NCBI GenBank assembly: GCA_944389595.1
Contig: CALXMY010000002.1
Coordinates: 150,338-214,337 of the forward strand
Source: an uncultured Alphaproteobacteria bacterium
GTDB taxonomy: Bacteria > Pseudomonadota > Alphaproteobacteria > Rs-D84
DNA: 64,000 nt
Direction of reading: 5' to 3'
A program made the translations under genes and the position numbers. A model generated the notes under the pieces. The model saw nothing but the letters and a program-made list of their open reading frames with translations. It searched no databases and had not been told where the DNA came from. Positions 26,958 to 36,838 of the stretch are shown piece after piece (position 1 is the stretch's first letter; every line of letters starts with the position of its first letter).

Positions 26958-28253
26958 GTGAAAAAAATCTGGATTGGTTTTGCGGGTGTTTTTGTGCTGC
27001 TGGTTGCGGCATGTGATTTACAACCAAAAATATTGGCGTTGCCTGATACAGTTGGTGAATTTATTTCGTCGCGTTATCCGGCATTGTTGGCCGATCCGGA
27101 AACTGAACCAGAAATTTATAATGCCGCATCAATTGATTATGGCGTTTATGCATCGCCGACATTGTATGGCTCGGTTGGGAATTCTGATTATGTTGAATAT
27201 GCCAGTGTGAATGATTATATTGTTCCGCCACAAACGATCAGTGCAAGTGCCGCGGCAATGTATGGTGATGTGTCGTCTGTTGATTTTGGGGGCCAGATTG
27301 TAACCAGTCATACTGCCGGGGACGATTATTTGCGTGTACCAATGTATGGTGGAATGAAAACTGTGCAAACAACATCGGAAATAACAGTTGCCGCCGGTGA
27401 TACATTGTATTCATTGGCCCAGATGTATGGGACAACAGTTGATGAGTTGATAAATGAAAATAATTTATCTGCGCCGTTTACGTTATCGGTCGGACAAAAA
27501 TTAAAGGTGCCGGTGGAAACTGTTGCCAATGGTGTGCAAACTGTTACTGTGCCGGTTGCAGATGTGGATGTGGGCACCGCGACAAATACAAAAACACGTG
27601 TTGATTTAACGGAAATAACGGTTGCTGCCGGTGATACTTTATATTCTTTGTCACGGCGATATTCTGTTCCGGTCAATGATTTGGCGGTTATGAATAATTT
27701 ATCTGCGCCGTTTACGCTGTCGGTCGGGCAAAAATTAAAGGTGCCCAATTTGGCCGATGCACCGATTCGCACAACAAATGTGGTACAGGCCACATCATCG
27801 GGTACATCGACCGCCCAGCCAAAACAAAAAATTTCGTCGGACCCAACGCAAAAGCTACCGAAAATTAGCGCGCGTTCGTCATCAAAGTTTTCATGGCCGG
27901 TGCGGGGCAAGGTATTATCAGCATATGGTGCCAAGGGGGATGGTTTATTTAACGACGGAATTAATATTGCCGCTGTGCGGGGAACAGCTGTGGGGGCGGC
28001 CGAAAATGGTGTTGTTGCGTATGCCGGGAATGAAGTAAAAGGTATGGGAAACTTAATAATTATTCAACATTCTGGTGGATGGATGACCGTATATGCGCAT
28101 TTAGATTCAATGTCGGTACGTCGTGGAAACAAGGTATCTGTGGGACAAAAAATTGGCACAGTTGGTGAAACAGGCAAGGTTGATGAACCACAGTTACATT
28201 TTGAAATTCGTAAAGGAACCAAGGCGTATAATCCATCGTCTTATTTAAAATAA
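26958..28253 (+). CDS. nlpD: LysM-LysM-M23 peptidase lipoprotein (NlpD/EnvC-type murein hydrolase activator)
   Basis: Lipobox LVAAC; two LysM repeats (TVAAGDTLYSLA...LSVGQKLKVP); M23 domain GINIAA..G..V.A..NGVVAYAG...GNLIIIQH..G..TVYAHL. Confidence 0.75.
   Translation: MKKIWIGFAGVFVLLVAACDLQPKILALPDTVGEFISSRYPALLADPETEPEIYNAASIDYGVYASPTLYGSVGNSDYVEYASVNDYIVPPQTISASAAAMYGDVSSVDFGGQIVTSHTAGDDYLRVPMYGGMKTVQTTSEITVAAGDTLYSLAQMYGTTVDELINENNLSAPFTLSVGQKLKVPVETVANGVQTVTVPVADVDVGTATNTKTRVDLTEITVAAGDTLYSLSRRYSVPVNDLAVMNNLSAPFTLSVGQKLKVPNLADAPIRTTNVVQATSSGTSTAQPKQKISSDPTQKLPKISARSSSKFSWPVRGKVLSAYGAKGDGLFNDGINIAAVRGTAVGAAENGVVAYAGNEVKGMGNLIIIQHSGGWMTVYAHLDSMSVRRGNKVSVGQKIGTVGETGKVDEPQLHFEIRKGTKAYNPSSYLK
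27373..27745 (+). repeat. Near-identical tandem duplication of the LysM-coding module
   Basis: approx 27373-27510 and approx 27606-27745 share long identical nucleotide runs (aatttatctgcgccgtttacg...tcggtcgg.caaaaattaaaggtgcc). Confidence 0.7.
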
Positions 28254-28263
28254 TAAAAATGAT

Positions 28264-28300
28264 GTATGTGTATGAAGTTCTGCACATACAGCTTTTTTGT
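28264..28300 (+). terminator. Rho-independent terminator after nlpD
   Basis: tgtatgtg-loop-cacataca hairpin followed by gctttttt. Confidence 0.65.
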
Positions 28301-28344
28301 GTGAATAAAAGCCACACTTTATTTGGGAAATTTTACTGTTATAC

Positions 28345-28385
28345 AGCAATAAAAAAGCCACACTTCGCACAAGGCTTCGTGTGGC
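28345..28385 (-). terminator. Minus-strand intrinsic terminator downstream of tRNA-like element
   Basis: gccacacgaagccttgtgcgaagtgtggc followed by ttttttatt on minus strand. Confidence 0.6.
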
Positions 28386-28428
28386 ACTAAAATTTCTTAA
28401 ACTCACTGCGTTCGTTAACGAAATTTTG

Positions 28429-28567
28429 TGGTGGGCGCACAGGGACTCCCTCGCACGGTGTGGAACACCGGCTGCGGGGCATTCGTGACGATTTGACCAC
28501 GTTGCACTTGTCAAATCTACTCGTTGTCGAACCCTGAGGCAGGGTTCTCGTCCGGTTTGTCCGGACC
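28429..28567 (-). other. tRNA-Lys 3'-half-derived element (T-arm/acceptor mimic ending CCA with approx 80-nt insertion in T-loop); pseudo-tRNA or att remnant
   Basis: Ends ...gagtccctgtgcgcccacca, identical to last 20 nt of adjacent tRNA-Lys; upstream cagggttcga matches tRNA T-stem/loop 5' half; no 5' acceptor strand; sits between two minus-strand terminators. Confidence 0.5.
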
Positions 28568-28576
28568 AAAAAAATA

Positions 28577-28593
28577 AAACCGCGTTGCGGTTT
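28577..28593 (-). terminator. Terminator hairpin after tRNA-Lys (minus strand)
   Basis: aaaccgc-aac-gcggttt followed by T-run on minus strand. Confidence 0.55.
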
Positions 28594-28600
28594 ATATTTT

Positions 28601-28676
28601 TGGTGGGCGCACAGGGACTCGAACCCTGGACCCACTGATTAAGAGTCAGTTGCTCTACCAACTGAGCTATGCACCC
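28601..28676 (-). tRNA. tRNA-Lys (anticodon CUU), CCA encoded
   Basis: GGGUGCAUAGCUCAGUUGGUAGAGCAACUGACUCUUAAUCAGU...GGGUUCGAGUCCCUGUGCGCCCACCA cloverleaf; anticodon loop CUCUUAA. Confidence 0.9.
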
Positions 28677-28876
28677 GGGTCCACTTGAAATGTATCAATT
28701 TTTGATTGACTGGGGCAATTATAGCCCTTTTTTCAATAAATGCAAGGGCTTTGTATTTATTTGCGTGCCATGATATTGGGCATCCATACCTATGTAAACT
28801 TTGTTTTTTGTCTGATAGAATTACAGTGTTGACATGAAAGAAACTTTATACAACAAACCTACAAAGGAGAGAGAAA

Positions 28877-29488
28877 ATGAAAAAAATAGTTATATCAACA
28901 TTGGCTGTGCTGGTTGCATGTCCGGCATTCGCAGCAGGACGTAATCCAAACGCCAGTTCGTGGCAATTGTTTGGATTGGATCCGTATATTGGGCTGCGTG
29001 GTGGTGCCAGTTATACAAATTTGAATTATCGCTATAACGACCATCGGGAAACTGTATCTGATATGGCGTTCCAGGGCAGGGCCGCATTAGGATTGGAAAT
29101 ATGCGACACGGTACGTGGCGAAATTGAATGGTCTATATTCAGCAAGACAAAAGATACTGCGACATTTGGTGATATTAACGATGTTAAAATAGAAACCAAA
29201 ATGCAGACGTTGTTATGGAACATGTATTGGGAATTTGGCGAATATCACATTGTTCGTCCATTCTTTGGATTGGGTGCCGGTGTGGCATTTACCAATGTTA
29301 AACGCGAAGTGCCGGTTGTTGGTGACCACAGCGAAAGCAACACCCGTTTTTCAGCAATGGGCGCATTGGGTGTAACGTTTGATATGGAACGTTTCGCAGT
29401 TGATATCGCGGCACGTTATAATTATGTAGATATTAATTCCGGTTTACATAATTTCGGCGGTGATATCGGTATCAGATTTATGTTTTAA
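28877..29488 (+). CDS. Outer-membrane beta-barrel protein (OmpA-like/OMP_b-brl family)
   Basis: Signal peptide AFAA, alternating amphipathic beta-strands, C-terminal ...IGIRFMF ending in Phe. Confidence 0.6.
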   Translation: MKKIVISTLAVLVACPAFAAGRNPNASSWQLFGLDPYIGLRGGASYTNLNYRYNDHRETVSDMAFQGRAALGLEICDTVRGEIEWSIFSKTKDTATFGDINDVKIETKMQTLLWNMYWEFGEYHIVRPFFGLGAGVAFTNVKREVPVVGDHSESNTRFSAMGALGVTFDMERFAVDIAARYNYVDINSGLHNFGGDIGIRFMF

Positions 29489-29561
29489 CTAAAATTGCGC
29501 TGTATGCATAAACAGTGCACACAGCGCAAAATACAATAAATAAAGTCAAAGGGAGAAAATA

Positions 29562-30107
29562 ATGAAAAATTTAATTAAAAAAATGTTGACGCTGTCATAT
29601 GTTTTGGGTGTGGCGGTATTGTTATCGGGTTGTGCGGGATGTGGCAAGCAACAACCACGGCGTGCACCACAGGCGGCACCGCAAACAACAGAAACAGTTG
29701 TTTTTTACCAAACATATGAAGATTCCGATGTCAGCCATGTGCATGCCAAAATGTACACACACAGCAGTCATGGTGGCGAATCCAGAATGGGGTATATCAA
29801 ATTCTTTGAAACTGATGCAGGTTTGAAGATGGAAGTTGATTTGAAAGATTTGCGTCCGGGCAAAGTGTATAACATTCGTATACACCAATGCAGCAGTTGC
29901 AACAATAACAGTATGTGCTGTGACAAAGAACCGATGTCTGTTAATTTGCCGACATTAAGTTCACAAAGAAGTGGCGGAAAGTTAAAAGAATCGTTCATTA
30001 TTCGTGGTTTGACCGCGGAACAGTTGAATAATGCAAAAATCTATCTGGAACGTGACGGCGGCTATAAAGCCGGTTGGGGCACGCTGGAAAAAGGCATGAT
30101 GTTATAA
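29562..30107 (+). CDS. Lipoprotein with Cu/Zn superoxide dismutase-like fold (tentative)
   Basis: Lipobox LLSGCAGC; SHVHA and DLKDLRPGKVYNIRIHQCSSC resemble SodC HGFHVHE / GL.PG motifs. Confidence 0.35.
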   Translation: MKNLIKKMLTLSYVLGVAVLLSGCAGCGKQQPRRAPQAAPQTTETVVFYQTYEDSDVSHVHAKMYTHSSHGGESRMGYIKFFETDAGLKMEVDLKDLRPGKVYNIRIHQCSSCNNNSMCCDKEPMSVNLPTLSSQRSGGKLKESFIIRGLTAEQLNNAKIYLERDGGYKAGWGTLEKGMML

Positions 30108-30199
30108 GTTGTTCGGTGGTAAAAAAACATTCCGGGGAACCGGAATGTTTTTTTAATAAAATACTTTAAGATTTTTTTCTTATATGCTAACCTGGGTAT

Positions 30200-31765
30200 G
30201 TGGTTTTAAGACATTGCATCTTTATTGCATTGATGGTATCCGTTGTCGCGGGTGAATTGCCAGCCGCGGCAACAATGTATATTGACCAGAATTTAATTTC
30301 ATCTTTTTATAATATTAGCGATGATACTATTGTTGCAGATTCTGTTATCGTTGATGTTGATAATATCAATATTTCTAATTTTATTTCGTTGGAAAATTAT
30401 GGATACATAGAGGGCGCAATAAACGTTGGCTATGGGTGCGCGGTGCGTATTAAAAATGCCGGTGAAATGAATACCACATTTAATGTGGCACCGGGCGCGA
30501 ATATTGTTCAGGTTATAAATGACAACGCAGATGTAAATAAAATTGGTGGCGCAACAGGGCATGAAATAAACGTTGAAAATGCAGACCGCATTTCATGGGG
30601 TGCGTTGCGTGATATTTCAAGTGATGCCGCCAGAATAAGTTTTACAAATTCTGGGTTGGTTTTGGATGAAATTGGTGCGGGTGCCGGTATTGAACGCCCG
30701 ATTTTATCATTAAATGGGAATATAACATTATACGTAAATGCCGACGATATCATATCGGGTGCGCCATTGTTGGACAATATATACAGTGACGGTATGATAA
30801 ATTTGGATGTATCAAATGCAAATACAATGTTTTTGTTTACGGCCAATGTTCGGGATAATGCGCTGTATGTTGATATTGTGCGTGATACTGATTATTCAAA
30901 AATATTGAATAATAATGTTGGTGAATTTTTGGATGAATTACGTATTATGCGTCCCGATGATAATTTGTTGAACGAATTGGATGCGGCATCAGATATGTCT
31001 GAATTAAATGATATCATGTCACGATCTGTGCGATTAAATCCGATAAAATTAATGGATGCAATTCGTATGTTTAATGCGTTTGAAATATCAATGCCAATTG
31101 GTGTACGCAAAGGACTTGATTTTTCGCCAATGTTTATTGCATTTGATGATTTTTATATCGGTGGGGTTACGCTGGGTGCCGCGTATACATTTGAAAATGG
31201 TTTTTCTGTTGGGCTATCTGGGTATGCGGCGCGCATGGATTATGCCAGTGATACAGATGTATATAAATCTGTTCTGTACGGCGGAAATGTGCATATAGGC
31301 TATATTGCACCCAAATGGTTCGCACGCGCATTGGTTGGTATGACAAATACAGAATTTGATATAGGGCCGGTTTTTGATGGTGAAAAATTAATTGTGAATC
31401 CGCGTGGAAAATCTGTATATTCAATGGCGGATGTTGGAATAAATTTGAATTTATCGAAATCTGTTACTGCGTCGCCATTTATCAGAATGAAATTTGATGA
31501 AATATCGATGTTTGATGTGGCCGATTCGGTTTTTGGTTTTGGTGGCGGCGCAAACATAATGATACGTGTCACGGGATATGATGTTTCATATGATTATGGT
31601 ATAACAGTTGGTGCGGATTTTAATGGCCAAATTGATGCAGCATTACGTATTAATGCTATTTCTGGGGCGGACAGTGCAGGCGGAAGCCTTGAGGCAGGAA
31701 TGATTTACGATGATTTTGGTGGGTTTGGGTATAAATTGCGTTTAGGCGGCAGAGTGGTCTTTTGA
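30200..31765 (+). CDS. Autotransporter (passenger plus C-terminal beta-barrel translocator), GTG start
   Basis: N-terminal signal peptide, repetitive passenger domain, C-terminal approx 270-aa beta-barrel with alternating aromatic pattern ending ...YKLRLGGRVVF. Confidence 0.6.
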   Translation: MVLRHCIFIALMVSVVAGELPAAATMYIDQNLISSFYNISDDTIVADSVIVDVDNINISNFISLENYGYIEGAINVGYGCAVRIKNAGEMNTTFNVAPGANIVQVINDNADVNKIGGATGHEINVENADRISWGALRDISSDAARISFTNSGLVLDEIGAGAGIERPILSLNGNITLYVNADDIISGAPLLDNIYSDGMINLDVSNANTMFLFTANVRDNALYVDIVRDTDYSKILNNNVGEFLDELRIMRPDDNLLNELDAASDMSELNDIMSRSVRLNPIKLMDAIRMFNAFEISMPIGVRKGLDFSPMFIAFDDFYIGGVTLGAAYTFENGFSVGLSGYAARMDYASDTDVYKSVLYGGNVHIGYIAPKWFARALVGMTNTEFDIGPVFDGEKLIVNPRGKSVYSMADVGINLNLSKSVTASPFIRMKFDEISMFDVADSVFGFGGGANIMIRVTGYDVSYDYGITVGADFNGQIDAALRINAISGADSAGGSLEAGMIYDDFGGFGYKLRLGGRVVF

Positions 31766-31766
31766 T

Positions 31767-33068
31767 TTATTCAATAATTTTTCCGCGCAGTGATGCCTTG
31801 TTTGCCGCGGTTATTTTTATTTTTGCGGTTAGTGGGGCTGTATCCGCGGGAATGTTTACAATGCAGGTTTGCATATATGGGGTGCGATAAATTGTATGTT
31901 TACCTGTTTTGTCGGGGCCCTCGGCCAGGCATTCTAAATCGGCATCGATGCATGATTCGTTAAATTCGCGTTGGATTTCATTTAATAATTCGTCCAATTT
32001 ATATAATCTTTCCGATTTGATTTTTTCAGGAATCTGGTTCGGCATTAACGTCGCCGCCGTGTGCGGGCGCGGCGAATATTTAAATGAAAATGAATTAATA
32101 TATTTTATACGCCGTGCAATTTCCAATGTTTGTTCAAAATCCGAATCGGTTTCGCCGGGGAATCCAACGATAAAGTCGCTGGAAATTTGAACATCTGGTC
32201 GGGCGGATTTTAATTTGTCAACAATATCTATATATAGATCCAGCGTGTATGGACGGTTCATTCTTGTCAATACATTTTGCGACCCACTTTGTATAGGCAT
32301 GTTTAAAAACGGCAATAGTTTTGGTTCGGTTCGAAACCGCTCTATTAAATCATCGGTCATTTCGGTTGGGTAACTGGATGTAAAACGAATGCGTTTGATT
32401 GCATCCAGTTTGGCGGCCGCGTCAATTAAATCCGACAGGCGATATATTTTTTCACTGTCATCGGTGTATTTATACCCATTTACATTTTGCCCCAGAAAGC
32501 AGATTTCAATTGCGCCCGTGTTGGCGGCATGTACAGTGTCGCGCACAACATCATCAAATGGGCGCGATATTTCACGACCACGCGTGTATGGCACGATACA
32601 GTACGTACAGCAATGATTACATCCTTCCTGGATTGGTATGTATGCAACCGCGGGCGATGCATCCATTTGTGGCATTTCGTCGAATTTTTCCAATCCACCC
32701 AGGTCGATGTTAAACAGTCTGGAATCCGGGTTTTCCAAAATTTCCGGTAATTTATGATAACTTTGTGGCCCCAACACAAAATTTAATTCGGGCACACGAC
32801 GGAATGCATCCGCGCCCGATTCGCGTGCCACGCATCCAACAATACCCATCAGTGCATCAGGTTTTTTTTCGGCGCGCATACGCCCCAATGCGCTGAATAC
32901 TTTGTCGGTTGCCTTGGCACGTACGGCACAAGTGTTTAATATAATTATGTCTGCATCGGTGTAATCGTCGGTCTGGGTATATCCACGGCCACGCAGCATG
33001 GATGCAATGCGTTGCCCGTCATATACGTTCATTTGACAACCAAATGTATGAATAAAAAATTTTTTCAT
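31767..33068 (-). CDS. miaB: tRNA-2-methylthio-N6-dimethylallyladenosine synthase
   Basis: MTTase N-terminus FGCQMNVYD, radical-SAM CNHCCTYCIVP, TRAM domain. Confidence 0.85.
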   Translation of the reverse strand: MKKFFIHTFGCQMNVYDGQRIASMLRGRGYTQTDDYTDADIIILNTCAVRAKATDKVFSALGRMRAEKKPDALMGIVGCVARESGADAFRRVPELNFVLGPQSYHKLPEILENPDSRLFNIDLGGLEKFDEMPQMDASPAVAYIPIQEGCNHCCTYCIVPYTRGREISRPFDDVVRDTVHAANTGAIEICFLGQNVNGYKYTDDSEKIYRLSDLIDAAAKLDAIKRIRFTSSYPTEMTDDLIERFRTEPKLLPFLNMPIQSGSQNVLTRMNRPYTLDLYIDIVDKLKSARPDVQISSDFIVGFPGETDSDFEQTLEIARRIKYINSFSFKYSPRPHTAATLMPNQIPEKIKSERLYKLDELLNEIQREFNESCIDADLECLAEGPDKTGKHTIYRTPYMQTCIVNIPADTAPLTAKIKITAANKASLRGKIIE

Positions 33069-33078
33069 AATGGGTATT

Positions 33079-33264
33079 TTATTTTTGCTTTTGTTTTTCG
33101 GCGCGTATGCGTTTTGATTTTATCGCATGCAAGCGTTTTTGATACGTGTCAATTTCAGTGGGGGGCAGTGTTTTATACGGAACATTGGCTGTGCCATATT
33201 CAACACCAGTAATTGGATCGTCTTTGACGATGGTTACAATAGAAAATGTTGATTCGTTTGACAT
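33079..33264 (-). CDS. Small hypothetical protein (61 aa)
   Basis: ORF between miaB and gatB with basic C-terminus; no family assignment. Confidence 0.3.
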   Translation of the reverse strand: MSNESTFSIVTIVKDDPITGVEYGTANVPYKTLPPTEIDTYQKRLHAIKSKRIRAEKQKQK

Positions 33265-33283
33265 TTTGCACTCCCATTATTTT

Positions 33284-34807
33284 TTATGATAATTTTTTAC
33301 GCAGTATTTCATTTACAACGGCCGGATTCGCTTTGCCACCGGTTGATTTCATAACCGCACCAACAAAGAATCCCAGCAATCCCGTTTTGCCGGATTTATA
33401 TTGTTCAACCTGGGGGGCATTTTTGGCAATTACATCATCAACAACCGATTCGATTGCGGCGGTATCGGTAATTTGCTGCATACCGAATTTTTCGGCAATC
33501 GTGCGCGGGGTGCCTGTTTCGCCATCCAACATTTTGATAAATATTTCCTTGGCCTGTTTTCCGTTGATTGCGTTTTCGGCAATCATATCGACCAATTCGG
33601 CCAAATCAGACGGAGTGATAATCCGCGCTGTGCCGTGCTCAGATGTATCCAGCGCGTTTTTTGCATCCCAATTTTCTGGGTGTGCGAACAATTCAGAAAT
33701 CATCCAATTCGCGATGGATTTCGCGCGTTTTGGGTTGTTTCCAACCGCCGCATCAAACCATTTTGATATGTCCGTTGTTTCCGTCAGACGCGCGGCATCA
33801 TATTCAGACAGCCCGAAATCATGCACATAGCGCGCGCGGGTTGCCGCCGGCAATTCGGGCATATTGCTGCGAATGCGTTCAATCGTTTCTTCGCTGATTT
33901 CCAGTGGCAGCAGGTCCGGGTCCGGGAAGTAACGATAATCCAATGCGTCTTCTTTGCTGCGCATTACCGATGTTGTGCCGTCGGCCTGGGAATAACGCAT
34001 TGTGTCCTGGGACACCGTGCCACCGTTTTCGTATATTTCGATTTGACGGCGGGCCTCGTATTCAATGGCGGTTTTAATAAATTTAAATGATACCATATTT
34101 TTCGTTTCGGTGCGTGTACGGAATTCGGTTGAACCAACGGGGCGCACGGATACATTAACGTCGGCACGCATGGATCCTTCCTCCATATTTGCCTTGGACA
34201 CACCCAGTGCACGCGCAATTTCACGAATTTCACGCAGGTAACGTTCGGCCTCGTCCGGGGATGATATATATGAATTATTTTCCGGATTTTTGGTATCCAA
34301 AAATGTCACGATTTCCAGCAAGGCAACCCCCGTACGATTATAATCAGCAAATGATTTGGTTGGATGTACATCGTGTTTTAATTTTCCGGCATCTTGTTCC
34401 AAATGTGCGCGTTCGATAAATATTTTTTTGGTGTTACCATCATCGCCCATAATTTCAACCCAGCCACGACCAACAATTGGTGGTTCTGCGGGTGGTTGGG
34501 AAATCTGATATCCCTGGGGCAGGTCAGGGTAAAAATATTGTTTACGGGCAAATTTACTGCGGCGGGATATTTCCGCATTCAGTCCCAGTCCCATTTTTAT
34601 CGCCTGCTCAACACAGTACTCGTTTAATACCGGCAACATGCCCGGCATGGCGACATCAACCATTGAAACCTGGGTATTGGGGGATATCGACGGGTTATAG
34701 TCCGCGGATGCGCCACTGAACAGTTTGCTGTTGGACAGAACCTCGATATGAGTTTCAAGTCCGATAACCAATTCCCAATCTGTTGTTTTGCCCTTTATCG
34801 TAAACAT
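33284..34807 (-). CDS. gatB: Asp-tRNA(Asn)/Glu-tRNA(Gln) amidotransferase subunit B
   Basis: WELVIGLETHIEV... GatB N-terminal signature and YqeY-like C-terminal domain. Confidence 0.85.
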   Translation of the reverse strand: MFTIKGKTTDWELVIGLETHIEVLSNSKLFSGASADYNPSISPNTQVSMVDVAMPGMLPVLNEYCVEQAIKMGLGLNAEISRRSKFARKQYFYPDLPQGYQISQPPAEPPIVGRGWVEIMGDDGNTKKIFIERAHLEQDAGKLKHDVHPTKSFADYNRTGVALLEIVTFLDTKNPENNSYISSPDEAERYLREIREIARALGVSKANMEEGSMRADVNVSVRPVGSTEFRTRTETKNMVSFKFIKTAIEYEARRQIEIYENGGTVSQDTMRYSQADGTTSVMRSKEDALDYRYFPDPDLLPLEISEETIERIRSNMPELPAATRARYVHDFGLSEYDAARLTETTDISKWFDAAVGNNPKRAKSIANWMISELFAHPENWDAKNALDTSEHGTARIITPSDLAELVDMIAENAINGKQAKEIFIKMLDGETGTPRTIAEKFGMQQITDTAAIESVVDDVIAKNAPQVEQYKSGKTGLLGFFVGAVMKSTGGKANPAVVNEILRKKLS

Positions 34808-34860
34808 TTTTATTTTTCCTTGCTTTTTATCATTTGATACTTTATTATTCGTTTCACGTT

Positions 34861-34936
34861 GGCCAGATAGCTCAGTTGGTAGAGCAAGGGACTGAAAATC
34901 CCTGTGTCAGTGGTTCGATTCCACTTCTGGCCACCA
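34861..34936 (+). tRNA. tRNA-Phe (anticodon GAA)
   Basis: ggccagatagctcagttggtagagcaagggactgaaaatccct...ggttcgattccacttctggccacca; anticodon loop cuGAAaa. Confidence 0.9.
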
Positions 34937-34940
34937 TTTT

Positions 34941-36407
34941 TTATTTCCCCATTATTTTTGTTGGACGATTATCAACGCCGGCGAATTGCTCGATATGCTT
35001 TGCCAATTGCATCACACGCATATCATCAAATTTGCGGCCAACCGTTTGCATACCCAATGGTAACCCATTAGTGGCCAAACCCGCCGGAACACTGCATGCC
35101 GGGATGCCGGCCAGGTTCATCGCCACTGTGAATAAATCTAATGCGTAATATTCCAGGGGCGATAAATCTGAATCCAATGGCAGTGCCGTGCCCGCGCCCG
35201 CCGGGCATACAATTAAATCGCATTGTTCAAATGCGCGATCAAATGCATCGGCAATCAATCTGCGAACACGTGCGGCCTGCATAAAATAGACATCGTACGA
35301 TTCGCTGGATAAAACGGCCGTGCCAATCAGAATGCGGCGTTGGACTTCGGTTCCAAATCCCGCGGCGCGGGTTTTTTTATATGTATCAATTAAATCGGTG
35401 CCATCAACCCGCAGACCATAACGCATACCATCATAACGCGCCAGGTTGGATGAAGCCTCGGCCGGGGCAACAACATAGTATACCGCCAATGCGTCCAAAA
35501 TGTTTGGAATGGATACTTCGACAATTTCTGCGCCCAATGATTTTAAATCTGCGATGCGCGCATCAAATATTCGTTTCATATCGGGCGAAATTTCAACATT
35601 TGCAAATTCCTTTATCACACCGACGCGTAATTTTTTTCCGTCGCCCAAAATTGGTTCAAGCGGTGTATGTGCATGAAATCCGGCATCCGCGCTGGTTGAA
35701 TCCTTTGGATCATGGCCCGCCATCGCGCTTAATAATAACGCGGCATCATCAACAGTGCGTGCCACGGGGCCCGGTGTATCCAGACTGGATGCGAATGCAA
35801 CACAACCCCAACGACTGCACAGGCCATATGTTGGTTTCATACCAACCAACCCCGTTATGGATGCAGGAAAACGAATCGAACCACCCGTGTCCGTGCCCGT
35901 GCCACCCATGGCCAAACCGGATGCGACCGCACTGGTTGTGCCACCGGATGAACCACCAGCGGTTAATTTGCGTTCCAATTGCCACGGATTGACCGGTGCG
36001 CCAAAGTAACTGGTTTTACTGAATGTGCCCATGGCAAATTCGTCCAGGTTTGTTTTGCCCAACAAAACCGTGCCGGCATCGATAAATTTTTGCGAAACGG
36101 TGGATTCATATTGTGGAACAAAATTTTCCAACATATGTGATGCCGCGGTTGTACGAATACCGCGTGTTGCAAACAGATCCTTCATACCAATTGGAATACC
36201 GTCCAAAGGCAGGGGATTGCCCGCCGCATAGCGTGCGTCGGCGGCCGCTGCATCCGATAATGCACGTTCGGGTGTTAAGGTTATATAGCAATTTAATTCG
36301 GGACCATATTTTTCGATGCGTTCCAAATGTGCACGCGTCAATTCGGTTGCGCTGATGTCGCCAGATTTTAATTTTTCCAATGCTTCTGTAATTGTTAAAT
36401 CAATCAT
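34941..36407 (-). CDS. gatA: Glutamyl-tRNA(Gln) amidotransferase subunit A
   Basis: Amidase signature GGSSGGT...GTDTGGSIRFPA. Confidence 0.85.
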   Translation of the reverse strand: MIDLTITEALEKLKSGDISATELTRAHLERIEKYGPELNCYITLTPERALSDAAAADARYAAGNPLPLDGIPIGMKDLFATRGIRTTAASHMLENFVPQYESTVSQKFIDAGTVLLGKTNLDEFAMGTFSKTSYFGAPVNPWQLERKLTAGGSSGGTTSAVASGLAMGGTGTDTGGSIRFPASITGLVGMKPTYGLCSRWGCVAFASSLDTPGPVARTVDDAALLLSAMAGHDPKDSTSADAGFHAHTPLEPILGDGKKLRVGVIKEFANVEISPDMKRIFDARIADLKSLGAEIVEVSIPNILDALAVYYVVAPAEASSNLARYDGMRYGLRVDGTDLIDTYKKTRAAGFGTEVQRRILIGTAVLSSESYDVYFMQAARVRRLIADAFDRAFEQCDLIVCPAGAGTALPLDSDLSPLEYYALDLFTVAMNLAGIPACSVPAGLATNGLPLGMQTVGRKFDDMRVMQLAKHIEQFAGVDNRPTKIMGK

Positions 36408-36419
36408 TGTATTTCGCTT

Positions 36420-36827
36420 TTATTTTGTTTTTGTGTATTTGTTTGCAAAAAATTTTAATCCGATGTGTTTTATAACAAATTTATCGCGGCATGTTCCGGC
36501 AGCAATATTCTTAATACAATCCCCATAAAAACACATGGGGCTGTTTTTTAACCCAAATAATAATTCAATATATTTACCATCCGAATTTTGTGGCGTGTTT
36601 TCCTTACAATGGGGTCGGGTTAGTCTGGCTATGTTTTTGTTGTATTGATAATTGGTTTTTATATATTGAATACAACTGCTTTCTGGTATTTTTTTGCCGG
36701 CCAGTGTTTCTATGTAATCTGTGACACTTTGGGGGTCTTGTTTTATTTTGCATGACACAGGGAAGCAAATGTTACGCTCGCTCATCATATTGGTAATTGT
36801 GATGTTGGTTGTTTTTTTTGTGCCCAT
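36420..36827 (-). CDS. Cys-rich hypothetical protein inserted between gatC and gatA
   Basis: 135-aa AT-rich ORF with 9 Cys (CFPVSC, HCKEN, MCFYGDC, GTCRD); no family. Confidence 0.35.
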   Translation of the reverse strand: MGTKKTTNITITNMMSERNICFPVSCKIKQDPQSVTDYIETLAGKKIPESSCIQYIKTNYQYNKNIARLTRPHCKENTPQNSDGKYIELLFGLKNSPMCFYGDCIKNIAAGTCRDKFVIKHIGLKFFANKYTKTK

Positions 36828-36838
36828 ACGTGCCCCCT

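Noticed and set aside
28429-28567. Two-piece (permuted) tmRNA acceptor piece hypothesis for the tRNA-like element
   Set aside because: The acceptor-stem partner would give G3:C70, not the G3:U70 needed for alanylation. No resume codon or tag ORF ending in AA follows; the only ORF ends ...NERSEFKKF. The 3' 20 nt are identical to tRNA-Lys, which points to tRNA-Lys duplication rather than ssrA.
28245-28661. Minus-strand ORFs of 138 and 82 aa covering the tRNA-Lys region
   Set aside because: They run straight through a canonical tRNA-Lys gene, its tRNA-like duplicate and two terminator hairpins. They are translation artefacts of structured RNA sequence.
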